A stretch of DNA of 63,990 nt, counting the filler, from Octopus bimaculoides (Eukaryota), in NCBI RefSeq assembly GCF_001194135.2. It is 6 parts of 5 records of this genome, joined end to end, with 100 filler letters (N's around TTAATTAATTAA, not from the genome) between each part and the next. Parts side by side here need not be neighbours in the genome. Positions count along the whole stretch, not along the records: positions 5,069 to 34,705 come from NC_068988.1; 5 more parts are not named here. One strand, 5' to 3'. Positions 13,330 through 24,731 of this stretch are shown in pieces. Below the pieces are notes generated by a model. That model did no database searches. It was not told the origin of the DNA and saw only the letters and a program-made list of their open reading frames with translations. Position 1 is the stretch's first letter. Each line of letters opens with the position of its first letter. Both the position numbers and the translations under genes were made by a program.

Positions 13330-14500
13330 GTACTGAAACAGTTGCCCAATTACTCAAATGCAGATGTGATATATTTTGACTTTGCCAAAATATAATGGAA
13401 TGATATGTCACAATCTATGTGATCTTGGTATCACAGGAAAACTAATAGAGTGGCTGCCTGATATTTAGAAAACAGTTGCAGCCAGTGGTGCTGTGTGTGA
13501 AGAAGCAGTAACCTGCAGTGGAGTCCCTAAGGAATTGTACTGGGACCACTACTGTTTGTAGGGGCTCTCCCAGATGTGCTCTCAGCCTTACAGTTAGTCG
13601 CTCTCACCAGTTATGCTGATGATATAAAAGTGTCAGAGGTGCTCAAGGACCCTAATAACATACTAAGACTGCAAATGGCCTGCATGCAATATATAAATGG
13701 ACTGATGAGATTAACATGCAGTTCAATGCTGAGAAGTTTTAAGGACTCGACTATCAGCCCACAAACTGGCTACAATCAAAATAAGTGGGTAGTGCAGTCC
13801 CAGAGTCAGAGTCAATGTATGACCTGGGAATCCACATGAGTAATGACGCAAGATTCCAACGTGCATATTTGTAAGATGGAAACATTGTGCAAGCAAGCAG
13901 CTGGATGGATTCTGAGATAATTCAGGAAAAGGATACCATGCTACACCTACGGAGAACTTTCTCAGTCATCTGAATTACTGCTCCCAGCTGTGGTTGGTGC
14001 AGTGCATCAAACTGGTGGTGGAACTTCAGACAATCCAGCACCACTGCACAAAGACAGTTGACTCAGTGAAACAGATGAACTACTGGGAGTGGATAAAAGA
14101 AATGAAGCTCTACTCCCTTGAGACAAGGCATGAAAAATATAGTGGTATGTATATGGAAGATCCTGAAAGTTATAGCTCCCAAATTTGGAATTGAAAACTA
14201 TACCAACCACCAAACTGGGCAGCACTGCATAATACCAATGATCCTGTCTTCTTCACGAATAAGGACCCAGTACTGTAACAGCTTGGGTTTCAAGGGATCA
14301 GAAATATTCAACATTCTAGCAAACAACCTCAGAGCTTTGCAAGGTGTAGATGTGGAGATCTTTAGAGAGTGCCTGGACCAATTTTTATCTGAACCCACAT
14401 TGCAGCAGGAGACACAATGAAAAGCAGTTCTGTCCAACTCACTACTTCACCAAAACAGTACAGAAAGGAAACCCGAAGATACTGAAAGATGGTACTCCAG
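13330..14500 (+). mobile_element. CR1/Jockey-group LINE RT remnant
   Basis: DVIYFDFAK, SGVP.G.VLGPLLF, SYADDIKV, then a HLNYCSQLW-like segment and SLETRHEKY; heavily decayed. Confidence 0.82.
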
Positions 14501-15486
14501 CCTGAGCCAAGCCGTTGGATGAAACCAGTAAAAAATATAAAATAAAATAAGATACATGCACACACATATTCATTCATGTAAAGTCATATTTACACGTTTG
14601 AGTACATTTAGACATGGTAAAACTTTTCACTTCAGAAATAGTCTTATGAGAAAATCCCTTCTTTGCCAACATTTGAAAACATGTCATTGGATCATAGGGG
14701 GCATGCATTTCTCTCGAAACTATTTCTGCTGTAAATATACTTTTTAGTATCAGTACAAAGGCACTAAAAAGGAGTAAACAAAAGTAATGGGAAAAGCATT
14801 GAAAGCATTTTATGGATGATTTAAAACTGATAACCAGGAATTGTCTCTACAATCCCAATATTAATGTTCTCAACAAAGAAACACAATGAATTAGAATTTA
14901 GTATTTTTGAAGATAGTACGCTCATGTCAAAGGATACAGGGCCAGATATTGAGAAAACATTGCAAGTCAGAAAGCATGTTCATAATACTCTCAACTGGTG
15001 TAGAGGTATGCCAAGAGAGGGAAAAAAAAGAAGACCATAAATGGAAAATAAAAATCACTTTCACTATTAAAAAAATGCTCTGCAAGTCAATAAACTTCAT
15101 CCAAGTTCTTTATTGCACTTCTCTTTTCCTAAACTTTTTCTGTAAGGTATTTTGGCAATTAATTTTTTCTTTCCTAAAATTAGACTTTAATTGACAATAT
15201 TTTGTGAGGAATTCTGTAGGTTACAGTTGTGTTGTCTTCCAATATTTCTCAATCTATTTGGTTTTTATGTTGCATTGCAATTCCGATGTTGTTGTAAACT
15301 CTGTGTGTGTGTCTGTGTATGTGTGTGTGTGTGTGTGCATGTGTGTGTGTGCGTGCATTCACATGTGTGTGTGTGTGTGTGTGTTAGTGCTACTGGTTAT
15401 ATGTAACCCAGTACAACCAGTTGCATTGCAACCCATTTCCTCATTCATAACCAGTTGGTGTCCAATAGTTTAAATTTGTTTTCTTC

Positions 15487-15878
15487 TAGAATTTAATATT
15501 CTTGTCATATGAACATATTTAAGTATTGTATTTGTTCTAAGTAAAAATACTGAAGAGTTATTTTCAAGTTCTAAGTAAGACATTCATTAACCTCTTAGAG
15601 ACTTAAAGACTCCTTTTTCTATTTTAGAATGTATTAATATTCTCATAATAAGTACATATTTAAGTGTTGCATGTAAGTATAAATTCTCAAGTATCGTTTT
15701 CAAGTTCTAAGTAAAATTTTCATTAGCCTCTCTGAGACTTACAGACTCCTTTCCTTAGTTTATAATGTATTAATATTCTTGTAATATATCTGAGAGCTTA
15801 TTTGTTCTAAATAAAAAATTTCAAGCATTAATTTCAAATTCTAAGATAGTCATTAATTTCTCAAAGACTTCAGATTCC
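15487..15878. repeat. Tandem triplication of a unit of about 135 bp
   Basis: taatattct...ttcaagttctaagtaa...gagactta.agactcc recurs three times. Confidence 0.8.
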
Positions 15879-15914
15879 GACTTTTTTTTTTCAAACCTGT
15901 CAACCTGTCAACCT

Positions 15915-16035
15915 TGTTCTGAGTTCAAATTCCATCAAGGTTGACTTTCCCTTTCACCCTTTTGGAGTCAGTAAAATAAGTACCGGTTGAACACTGGGAT
16001 TGATGTAATTGCTGGTCTTGTACCAAAATTTGAAA
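15915..16035 (+). mobile_element. SINE family A, partial and CpG-decayed
   Basis: ttctgagttcaaattccatcaaggttgacttt... Confidence 0.7.
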
Positions 16036-16124
16036 TGATTATTAATATTTGTGTATCTGCTAATATGCAAGAACAGTTTGCTTGCCAAGCAAATGTTCCC
16101 ATAAGCCTTCTTTTTCTCAGATGT

Positions 16125-16330
16125 TGAAAGCTATCCTCACAACACTCTTCCAATCCAGTTCACAACCTCAGGACAGCCACAAACAATATATGAACAATGA
16201 AAGGTAGGTCTGGTGAAACAGTTGAGGTGCTAGAACAGAGACATATAGATGTGCACCACATGCAAGAGGTATGATGTAGGTTAGCCACAAACAAAACATT
16301 TCACAGGTAAAGGAATAAATTCTTCCAAGT
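16125..16330 (+). mobile_element. RTE LINE 5' APE fragment
   Basis: TMKGRSGETVEVLEQRHID aligns with the APE start of the 29.3 kb element. Confidence 0.7.
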
Positions 16331-16479
16331 GAGCAACAGTGATAATGTGAGATGTGTGAGAATACATTTAGCAGAGAAACAGGTAAAGTGAACAAGGTAA
16401 TCTGAGTGTGTGATTGCATAATTAAGCTTAGACTAGTCTATAAAAATACATCAGCAGCCTTTATCTCTCCCTCTACTCC

Positions 16480-17565
16480 TCACTGAGAAACATCTCCAAC
16501 ACCAGTCTGACCTCTATTACAACTTCATCAACTTCAGAAGGCCTTTAACAGTGATTGGCATGATGAGTTGTGGCTGATGATGCAGAATTACAACTTTGAC
16601 AATAATCTCATCAAGGTACTCCAAGTATTGTATGAAAATTCAAGCAGTTTAGTTCCCCTGGACAATATTGGAGATTCGTTTTGGACAACAATGAGTGTTC
16701 AACATTGACGTCTCATCTCACCAGTGCCTTTCAACATCTTGGAGAACACTGAGTAGAAGACACTGAAGACTTCCACCCTTCTGTCTCCATAGGATGATGG
16801 CTCATTTCCAACTTACACTTTGCTCATATTAACCTGTTAGGAAGCAGTGAAGTAGAACTGCATGAGCTTACCACCAGACTGGAAAAATTATAAGGAACAT
16901 ATGGGATGGAAATCTTCCCCAAAATGAGCAGGATTCTGGTTAATAATAACAAAACACAGCAACCTACATCATGATGCATGGAGAGAGACTTGATGAAGTG
17001 AACACATTTGAATACCTAGGATCCACTTTGACCAAGGATGGCAGATCTCAAAGGAGATAACAAGACTTTTGCTGCCATGATGAAGCTGAACAATAATTCC
17101 ATTAGTTTTCAATCAAGATTCAGAGTGTACAAGACCTTGGTGACTTTGATCGTTTTGCACGGGTGTGAGAGCTAGACCTTTATAGCTGACATGGAGTGAA
17201 GAATCCAGGCATTTGAGCACCAGTGCTTCAGAAGGCTATTACACATCCCGTACACTGAGCACAAAATGAACAGCTTTGCCAGGCAGCAAGTCAACAAATA
17301 CTCTGGCAGACAGGAACCACTCCCTGCATATGAAAAAAAAAAGTAATTTCTCTTGGTACACTCATGTATCCAGCTATAACTCCCTGTCCAAAATCATTCT
17401 TTAGGGCACAGTTGAAGGAGGGTGAACAAGAGGTAGACAGAGAAAATCCTGGTTTGACAACATCAAGGACTGGACAGTCACAATACAGTGACCCTGCTAT
17501 GCACAACAGAGAACAGAGTTTAGTGGTGACAGTTGACTATAGAAGCATCTAGAGTAGAATCCTAA
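16480..17565 (+). mobile_element. RTE LINE RT/C-terminal remnant
   Basis: Decayed matches to IIKVLQVLYENSSS, LISPVPFNI, SNLHFA (YADD region), EVNTFEYLGS, YKTLVTLIVLHGCES, and a (GAT)n tail near 17595. Confidence 0.8.
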
Positions 17566-17699
17566 TAACTAGCTGCACCAGTTACGGGATCTTTATGATG
17601 ATGATGATGATGATGTTCCCCAACAGGATTGCCAGACAAAAAAAACCCTTTTTAAAACGATATTTTTTTTTTTTACAGATTCTCTTCATGATAAGTATC

Positions 17700-17870
17700 A
17701 GTGGCGTTAATTTCCTGGCTGGCCACTTCAGCAGATATGTTGGGCAGCTGCATCCTGGTGGGTTCTATGGTGTGACCAAGGCTATGGATTTGATTCTCAA
17801 AATGAGGAGGGAATAAGGCTCTTGGAGTTCTGAGATGCAAATGATCACATATGATTGGGATGCAATCTTC
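17700..17870 (+). mobile_element. RTE APE fragment
   Basis: AGHFSRYVGQ...GYGFDSQNEEGIRLLEF.DAND matches the APE motif AGDFNGH...NEEG.RLLEF. Confidence 0.7.
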
Positions 17871-17997
17871 TCAAACACACAGCACACCAGCACTGCCCAT
17901 ATGTATATATATATGTATATATATCATCATCATCATCATCGTCGTTTAACGTCCTCTGTCCATACTGGTATTGGTTGGATGGTTTGACAGGAGCTGG

Positions 17998-18044
<47 letters not shown>

Positions 18045-20229
18045 TGAGAGAGACAGAGAGACAGAAACACAGAGAGAGGTACACATATATTTGAATAAGG
18101 AGTGAAACCAATTATTGGTATTTTGAATGCATTTAATGACCTTCACTTTTCAAGTGATTACATTGGTTATGCACTGAATGGTTACATAGTTATCCACTTT
18201 CCTCAGACATTTCAAGCAAAATATATTTGTAATTTCAAATTTTCCTCTCTATATGTAGTTGAATGCTTTGGTAAAAGCACAGGAAGGTCATGGTGCAAAG
18301 AGGAAAAGAAAAAAAAAAAGTGAGAGGAAGTTCATAAAAAGAAAAAGAGAGGAAATTCAGAAAAAAAATGGGAAGAAAGAGAAAAAAAGATAAATAGAAA
18401 GGAGATAAAAGAGAGAATATACTTGTACAAGTATTCAAGGAATTAGAGAAGTTAATACTAACTTTCCTGCACCACTGTTGGGGAAAATGGTTAGCATGAC
18501 CATTAACTATTCTAGATATCCCTTCCCCAGCATCCTTCTAGTTTCCTTCCTTTCTTCTCATCCTACAGCACTTTATTCATGTTTTTGTTTTTTTGTTTCT
18601 ATTCTTAACAACTACAATAGAATGAAACCAAGATCAAACTACCCTAAATTATTACCACACGAATTTCCTAACCTTATACACTCCTACCGTCACTCTCTTT
18701 CTTTACTTAACACCTTCAGGCAACTCCTGAGTCCTTTCACAACACTTTCTAGCACATAAATTCTGTATATTCCATTTGAATGGTATCATTGATCTTCTGC
18801 TCATAGACACAGCTTATGTATAATATATTATTTTGAAAAACTGCTGAATACTGTGTCTTATAGATAGCATTACTATTTACATTTTATAGAACTTAAGCAT
18901 TACTTGCACTATCAGTGAGTATTATGTGTGAAACTCTCTAAGACTAACACTTTCCAATTGAATGCAATTATTTTTCTACAATTCTTCTCAAAATTATACA
19001 TTTGAGGCACTGTTTCATTAATCTGAACTATTACAGTTGTTGAAATAAAGGGATATATGAATAATTTCTTGTTGTGTTATATTTTTAAGCACTTTATTGT
19101 ATCTATAAATATATGTAATACTTTATTTGAATTCTTTGTTTTCTCTTTACTGATGATTATCTATTCTTAATGATGTGCTTATAAAGACATACTATTCATC
19201 TATTTTTTGTATGTACTGGAGCCTGGTGCAGCCTTCTGGCTCACCAGCCCTCAGTCAAACCGTCCAGCCCATGCCAGCATGGAAAGCGGACGTTAAACAA
19301 CGACAGTGATGATGATGATACATGTGTGTGTGTGTGTGTATATATATACATGTATATGTACGTATGTATATATATATGTATATATATATATTATATATGT
19401 ATGTATGTGTGTATGTATGTACCTGTATTCTACAGCAGAAGTGTTAGGGCTGTGTTCCTTGGTGAAGAGAACTGGTCTGCTAGAGTTCTGTGCCAGTGTC
19501 ACGTAAAAAGCATTCATGCCAGTGCCATGTGATAGCACACATGCTGGTGCCATGTTAAAAGCATTCAGTACACATTGCAAAGGGGTTGGCATTAGGAAGG
19601 GCCTCCAACCATAGAAACCAAGTCAAAGTAGACTGAAGTCTGGTGCATTCTCTGGTTCGCCACTTCTGGTCAAACCATCCAACCCATATCAGCATGGAAA
19701 ATGGATATTAAAGGATGCTTTGCCTGTTACTTTTGTAATTATTTAATATACCCCTCCCTCCATCATCACCACATATACATATACATTTGTTTAATTAATT
19801 AATGGTTAGATTCTATTTCTACTTCATTTACTCAATTATAAACTATTCACAGATTATCTAACACAAATCATTATACCTAGGGATGACACAACATTTATTT
19901 TTTTCTGATTCATAAATTGACCAATACATCAGAAGTCAGGCATCAATTTAGTCAATTTTTTTGCTTACATTTAATATAATACTGGTTACATTATCCTTTA
20001 GTAGTAATATTACTATTGTTAGTTTTATTATTATTATAATCATTATTGTTGTTGTTAGTACTGTTATCATTGTAAGCATCATTTTCCTTGTTATTATTTA
20101 TAATAATGACAGTAATATGTATGTTTGTATTACTATAATTATTTTTATTTTACAATCAGTTTTCATTACTATTAGCATTGTCTTATAAGTATCATTAATA
20201 GTTATTGTTTTTATTATTATTATTGTTGT

Positions 20230-21036
20230 TGTTACTGAGTGAGAAAGCAGAGCATGCCAACAGTGACACTGGGGTAAAATATACAAAGCCCAGTATACCC
20301 ATCATGACTACCCACCTGATAAGAGTACACCAGGCACATGCATCACAACCATATGAGAATGACATGTTGATCTTATATCAAGATAAATAGCACATGACCC
20401 TGCAGGTGGGGCCCAGTTAGAAGCCATGAGAGCCATGGCCTGATACTGCATGAGATCATTTATTGTTATTATTATTATTATTGAGTGAGAGAGCAGTGCA
20501 TGCTATCAAAGTGACACTAAAGCCCGTTATATGAAGCCCGTTATACCCATCATGACTACCCGTCTGATAAGGGTACACCAGGCTCATGCATCACAACCAT
20601 ATGTGCACGACTTGGTGATCTCATATCAAGATAAACAGCGCATGACCTCGCAGGTGGGGCCCAGTTAGAATTTTATTCAGGTTGAGTAGCCCATCTTGCT
20701 CAAAAGGTCCCTGAATAAGGTTTGTTTAAGGTTGTTGAGCAAAACACCCGTGTTTCCAAAGGTGAATTATTCAAATCCCAAAGAATTCATCTCAACACAT
20801 GGCTATGATGCTTCCCCACTACTTCTGCTCATGATCAGAGATGCACATATCATCAGCCACCAAAGGACATGCTCAGCTGGTTATGGTCAAACAACTGACA
20901 TCCAAATCTGTAGCATTAAGCAGAATATTTGCTGTAGCCTATCTTGTATACCAATACAAAACAATGTACATGATAATACTTCTAATCAATTAAGATCAGA
21001 AGCCATGAGAGCCACTGCCTGGTACTGCATCAGGGC

Positions 21037-21050
<14 letters not shown>
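20230..21050. mobile_element. (ATT)n-flanked non-autonomous element: internally deleted copy (20230-20460) followed by a full copy (20482-21040)
   Basis: Both copies begin gagtgaga.agcag.gcatgc and end gccatgagagcca..gcct.gtactgcat...catttt; both sit in ATT runs. Confidence 0.7.
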
Positions 21051-21079
<29 letters not shown>

Positions 21080-21080
<1 letters not shown>

Positions 21081-21300
21081 GGGCTGCAAGCTGGTTGAAT
21101 CATTAACATGCTGGGCAAAATTATGCAAAGCGGCATCTCATTCATATTTACATTCTGAATTCAAATTCCACAAAGGTCGACTTTGGCTTTCATCATTTCA
21201 GAGTCGATAAAATAAGTACTAATTAAATACTGAGATCAATGTAATCAACTTAGCTTCTCACACGAACTTGCTGGCCTTGTGCCAAAATTGGAAGCCATTA
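21080..21300 (+). mobile_element. SINE family A, CpG-decayed
   Basis: ggctgcaagctgg...acatgctgggcaaaa versus ggcggcgagctgg...gcacgccgggcgaaa in intact copies. Confidence 0.75.
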
Positions 21301-21359
21301 TTATTATTATTAGTAGTAGTAGTAGTAGTAGTAGTAGGTGTGCTGCTTACTCAAAGTGG

Positions 21360-21765
21360 ATGGCACTTATGTAAAAGGGTAACACAGGAAGACATGGGAC
21401 AAAGTACTGAAGGATGATCTCAGAACACTGAATCTTTTGGATAAGATGACAAAAGACCGAGATACCTGGTACCTTGCTGTACTCAAGGAGATCCGTCCTT
21501 TACAGCAGAAGTGTTTAAGGCTGCATCCTCTGGTGAAGAAGATTGGCCTGCAAGAGTCCTGTGCTGGTGCCATTTAAAATATACATGTGCCAGTGTCCTG
21601 TGATAGCACTCATGCTGGTGCCATGTTAAAAGTGGTTGGCATTAGGAAGGGAATCCAGTAGTAGAAACCTAGCCAAATTAGACTGGAGCTAAGTGCAGCT
21701 CTCTGACTTGTTAGCTCTAGTCAAACCATCAAACCCATGTCAGTGTGGAAAATAGACGTTAAAGG
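21360..21765 (+). mobile_element. 5'-truncated RTE LINE 3' end
   Basis: RKTWDKVLKDDLRTLNLLDKMTKDRDTW, plus the shared 3' UTR ending ...gcagctc...tcaaaccatc...gtggaaaatagacgttaaa. Confidence 0.8.
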
Positions 21766-21784
21766 ATTTCTATTATTATTATTA

Positions 21785-22094
21785 TTAAAATTCAGAAAAT
21801 GGAAAAGTAGCATTAATATAATTTAACTGAAAAAAATTCAACATGTTCTCTTACAGCTGTTTCAATTTTACCCAAAGGATTAGATTCCATCTGTTGAGAT
21901 GCTTCAGAAGAATAACATCTAATAACCCAATAATATGTCTTTTTCACTTCTATGACGTGATTTTGCCCAATAAAATGTTTTAATTACTGGAATTGAATCC
22001 TTTGGTCAAAATTGAAACAGTTATAAGAGAACATGTTGAATTTTTGCAGTTAATAAATTATATTAATGCTACTTCTGCATTTTCTGAATTTTAA
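21785..22094. mobile_element. Palindromic MITE-like element, about 110-bp arms
   Basis: ttaaaattcagaaaatg...aaaggatt inverted against aatcctttgg...cattttctgaattttaa, few mismatches, about 90-bp spacer. Confidence 0.8.
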
Positions 22095-22329
22095 TTTCAA
22101 TATTTATAAACCAAGATTTATACTGAAACCTATTATTTTAGGAATATTACTATTCACAAAAAAATAATAGACAAAAAGCCAGTAATTCATTGGGTATTTT
22201 TTTTATCCCTTAATGAGTCTGTTTTAACCTCTATGTAAATATTATTATTATTATTATTATTATTATTATCATCATCATCATCATCATCATCATCATTATT
22301 ATTATAGAGAGGGAAGTTCNNNNNNNNNN

Positions 22330-22393
<64 letters not shown>

Positions 22394-22420
22394 CCATCAT
22401 CATCATAGAGAGGGAAGTTC

Positions 22421-22775
22421 TGTAACCCCACCCACCAGTAAATTTGTTGAAAGGTAGGTGAAGGTGGTAAGGATGCCCCATGTGTATGGTCCTACTCTGA
22501 ACTTTCGTTTGTAAACACCGGTGGAATTTGTGAAGGAAAGCGGTGCCTGCTGAGGTGCATCTCGTGGTTGGGATAACCAGAATGTGTGAGGTTCCTCAGT
22601 TTTCCCTGTGAGGAACCCCCCACTTTTGGGCAATTTTATTGTTTAATTGTTTTGTTAATTGTTTTTGTTACTTATTGCATACAGGGCATTGTTCAACACC
22701 CCACTTGTCCCTCATATTGTATTGTCCCTGTTTGTTTTGTGTTTGGGCCGTGTGGCCAATAAATGAAAGTATTTT
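22421..22775 (+). mobile_element. Unclassified interspersed repeat ending in AATAAA and (ATT)n
   Basis: GC-richer 350 bp block starting TGTAAC and ending ccaataaatgaaagtatttttattatt; no recognisable protein motif. Confidence 0.35.
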
Positions 22776-22811
22776 TATTATTACTATTATTATTATTATT
22801 ATTATTATTAT

Positions 22812-23247
22812 TGTTCAGTAGTTTTATTTTTATTGCGTGCTTTCACTTCACTACCGAGCACAGCTCTGTGTGCCTTGGGTATGTGCTGTGGTTTGCTGTG
22901 ATGCTCTTATGGTTACTGTATTGAAAATGTTTTTATTATTATTATTATGGTTCAGTAGTTTTATTTTTATAACGTGCTCTCATTTCACTACCGAGCACAG
23001 CTCTGTGTGCCTAGGGTATGTGCTGTGGTTTGCTGTGGTGTTCTTATGGTTACTGTATTGAAAGTGTTTTGTGTAAGATGTGTGCAGTGCCCAGTAGTGC
23101 AATTTTCTGTATGTCATATATATTTGTAAGTCCTGGTGTTTTTGTTATGTTTTTGTCTGAATATTTTTTTATTATACCTAAGGCACCTGCTATGATAGGA
23201 ATTGTTTGTTTTTAGATTCCCCATTCGAGTTACCTCTATTTCCCGTC

Positions 23248-23248
<1 letters not shown>
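22812..23248 (-). mobile_element. R4/Dong-clade (restriction-like endonuclease) LINE 3' end with duplicated 3' UTR
   Basis: Minus strand reads EIEVTRMGNLK...IPMIAGALGIIKKYS..QKIALLGTAHILHKTLSIQ* (ORF track: MIG..), the RLE C-terminal motif (V.GALG...QK.ALLGTA.IL). The 3' UTR with AATAAA-like signal and (AAT)n tail occurs twice in tandem. Confidence 0.75.
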
Positions 23249-23283
<35 letters not shown>

Positions 23284-23698
23284 CATTAGGTTATGGTTTG
23301 TAGTTCTTAATAATACAATTACTGTTGTCATCATATTGGTGTTGGTTTTTGTCTGTTACTTTTGTAATTAATTGACATACCTCTCCCTCCATTACCACAT
23401 TTCCAATTAGTATGTTACAGTGTATTTGACCAGTACAATTATTTATCTGCATATCAATTTTCCAGCCTACAGCTGACCACCATTGTTAAGGCCTAATATG
23501 TTCTGATATTTGAAGGTGTCACTGTCTAGACAATACAGTATAAATTTTTTAAGATCATTATCTGCAAATGGTTGATCCCATTCAACCAGCTTTAGAATTT
23601 ACTGCCTTGTGTTTGACATTATAATTTATTATTACCTACTTACTTCACGGGNNNNNNNNNNATCTAAATTTTTTAGCGTTTATAACAGTGTTATCTAC

Positions 23699-23845
23699 CC
23701 CTTCACTTCCTTGGTTACATGTGCAAATATATTTTCTGCTTTCTCCTTTTGAGTTTTTTTCCTCTTTATTTTTTCTTTTCACTTTCCTTTCCCTTGTCTC
23801 TTTTCAATTTTTGTAATCTTTTTCTCCATTTCACTTGTAGTTTTA
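23699..23845 (-). CDS. Candidate 147-nt symmetric exon, Lys/Glu-rich
   Basis: acattag|TA...AAGG|gtagat; (V)KLQVKWRKRLQKLKRDKGKESEKEKIKRKKTQKEKAENIFAHVTKEVK(G). Purine-rich DNA lacks stops by composition, so this is weak. Confidence 0.2.
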
Positions 23846-24394
23846 CTAATGTATACCAGTATGTATAGGGTGAAATTTGAAACTATTGATGTATTTTGCT
23901 TGAAAATGACAAAGGAAAGTGGATGACATAACCATTCATTATGTAATCACTTGAAACGTGCATATCTCTAAATGTATTTGAAATACCAATGAATAGTTTC
24001 AATTAATATTCAAATATTACGAGGCTCATGTTTCAGAAAATTAGCATGGATAATGAAATTACAATGCATTACGAGTATAAGTGTAACATCAATCTAAACA
24101 TTGAGTCTCAAAGATCTTGTAACATACATTGCATTAGACTAAATTAATATGTGAGCACATGTGTCTGTATGTGTTTATGCTCATATATCTCTGCCGCCAC
24201 CATTTGGAATTGGTTTTTTATGTCTCTGTAAATTATCAGTTTGCCAGAAAGAATCCAATAGAAGGAGTACCAAGCTTCTAGAAATAAGTACTAGGGTTGA
24301 TTTGTTCAACTAAATTTTAAAGGTGATGCCTCAGCATGGCAGTACTCCAATGACTGAAACAAGTAGAAGATAAAAGATGTACCAGTCATGTTGC

Positions 24395-24595
24395 AAGGTT
24401 CATTAGATGATCAGTGGATCCATGCAGTTGTTGAGTGGCACCCACGTGATCAAAAGAGACCACTCAGAAGACGTCTAATCTGGTGGGAAGAGGAGTTAAG
24501 AAAAATAATTGGAGCAACACCGAAGAGAATAGAACAAATGCTGTGGCCAGCGGAGCCAACTCAGCACCAAACAGCCTGGCTGATCCAGGTGATCC
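24395..24595 (+). mobile_element. RTE LINE C-terminal fragment
   Basis: [33 protein letters not shown] matches the RTE C-terminal W.PR..KR..GRP..RW motif. Confidence 0.7.
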
Positions 24596-24696
24596 AAGTA
24601 TTATATATACATACATATATATATACATACATATATATATATATACATATATATATACATACATATATATATATATACATATATATATATACATAC

Positions 24697-24731
<35 letters not shown>

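Noticed and set aside
16121-16203. Exon-like segment with strong acceptor and AG|gtaggt donor
   Set aside because: It is the 5' start of an RTE APE region; the same gtaggt occurs in the 29.3 kb LINE.
17678-17816. Strong polypyrimidine acceptor plus ORF
   Set aside because: The downstream sequence is an RTE APE fragment.
22303-22420. Direct repeat atagagagggaagttc as a TSD
   Set aside because: It flanks a 10-N gap within an (ATC)n tract; most likely overlapping contig ends.
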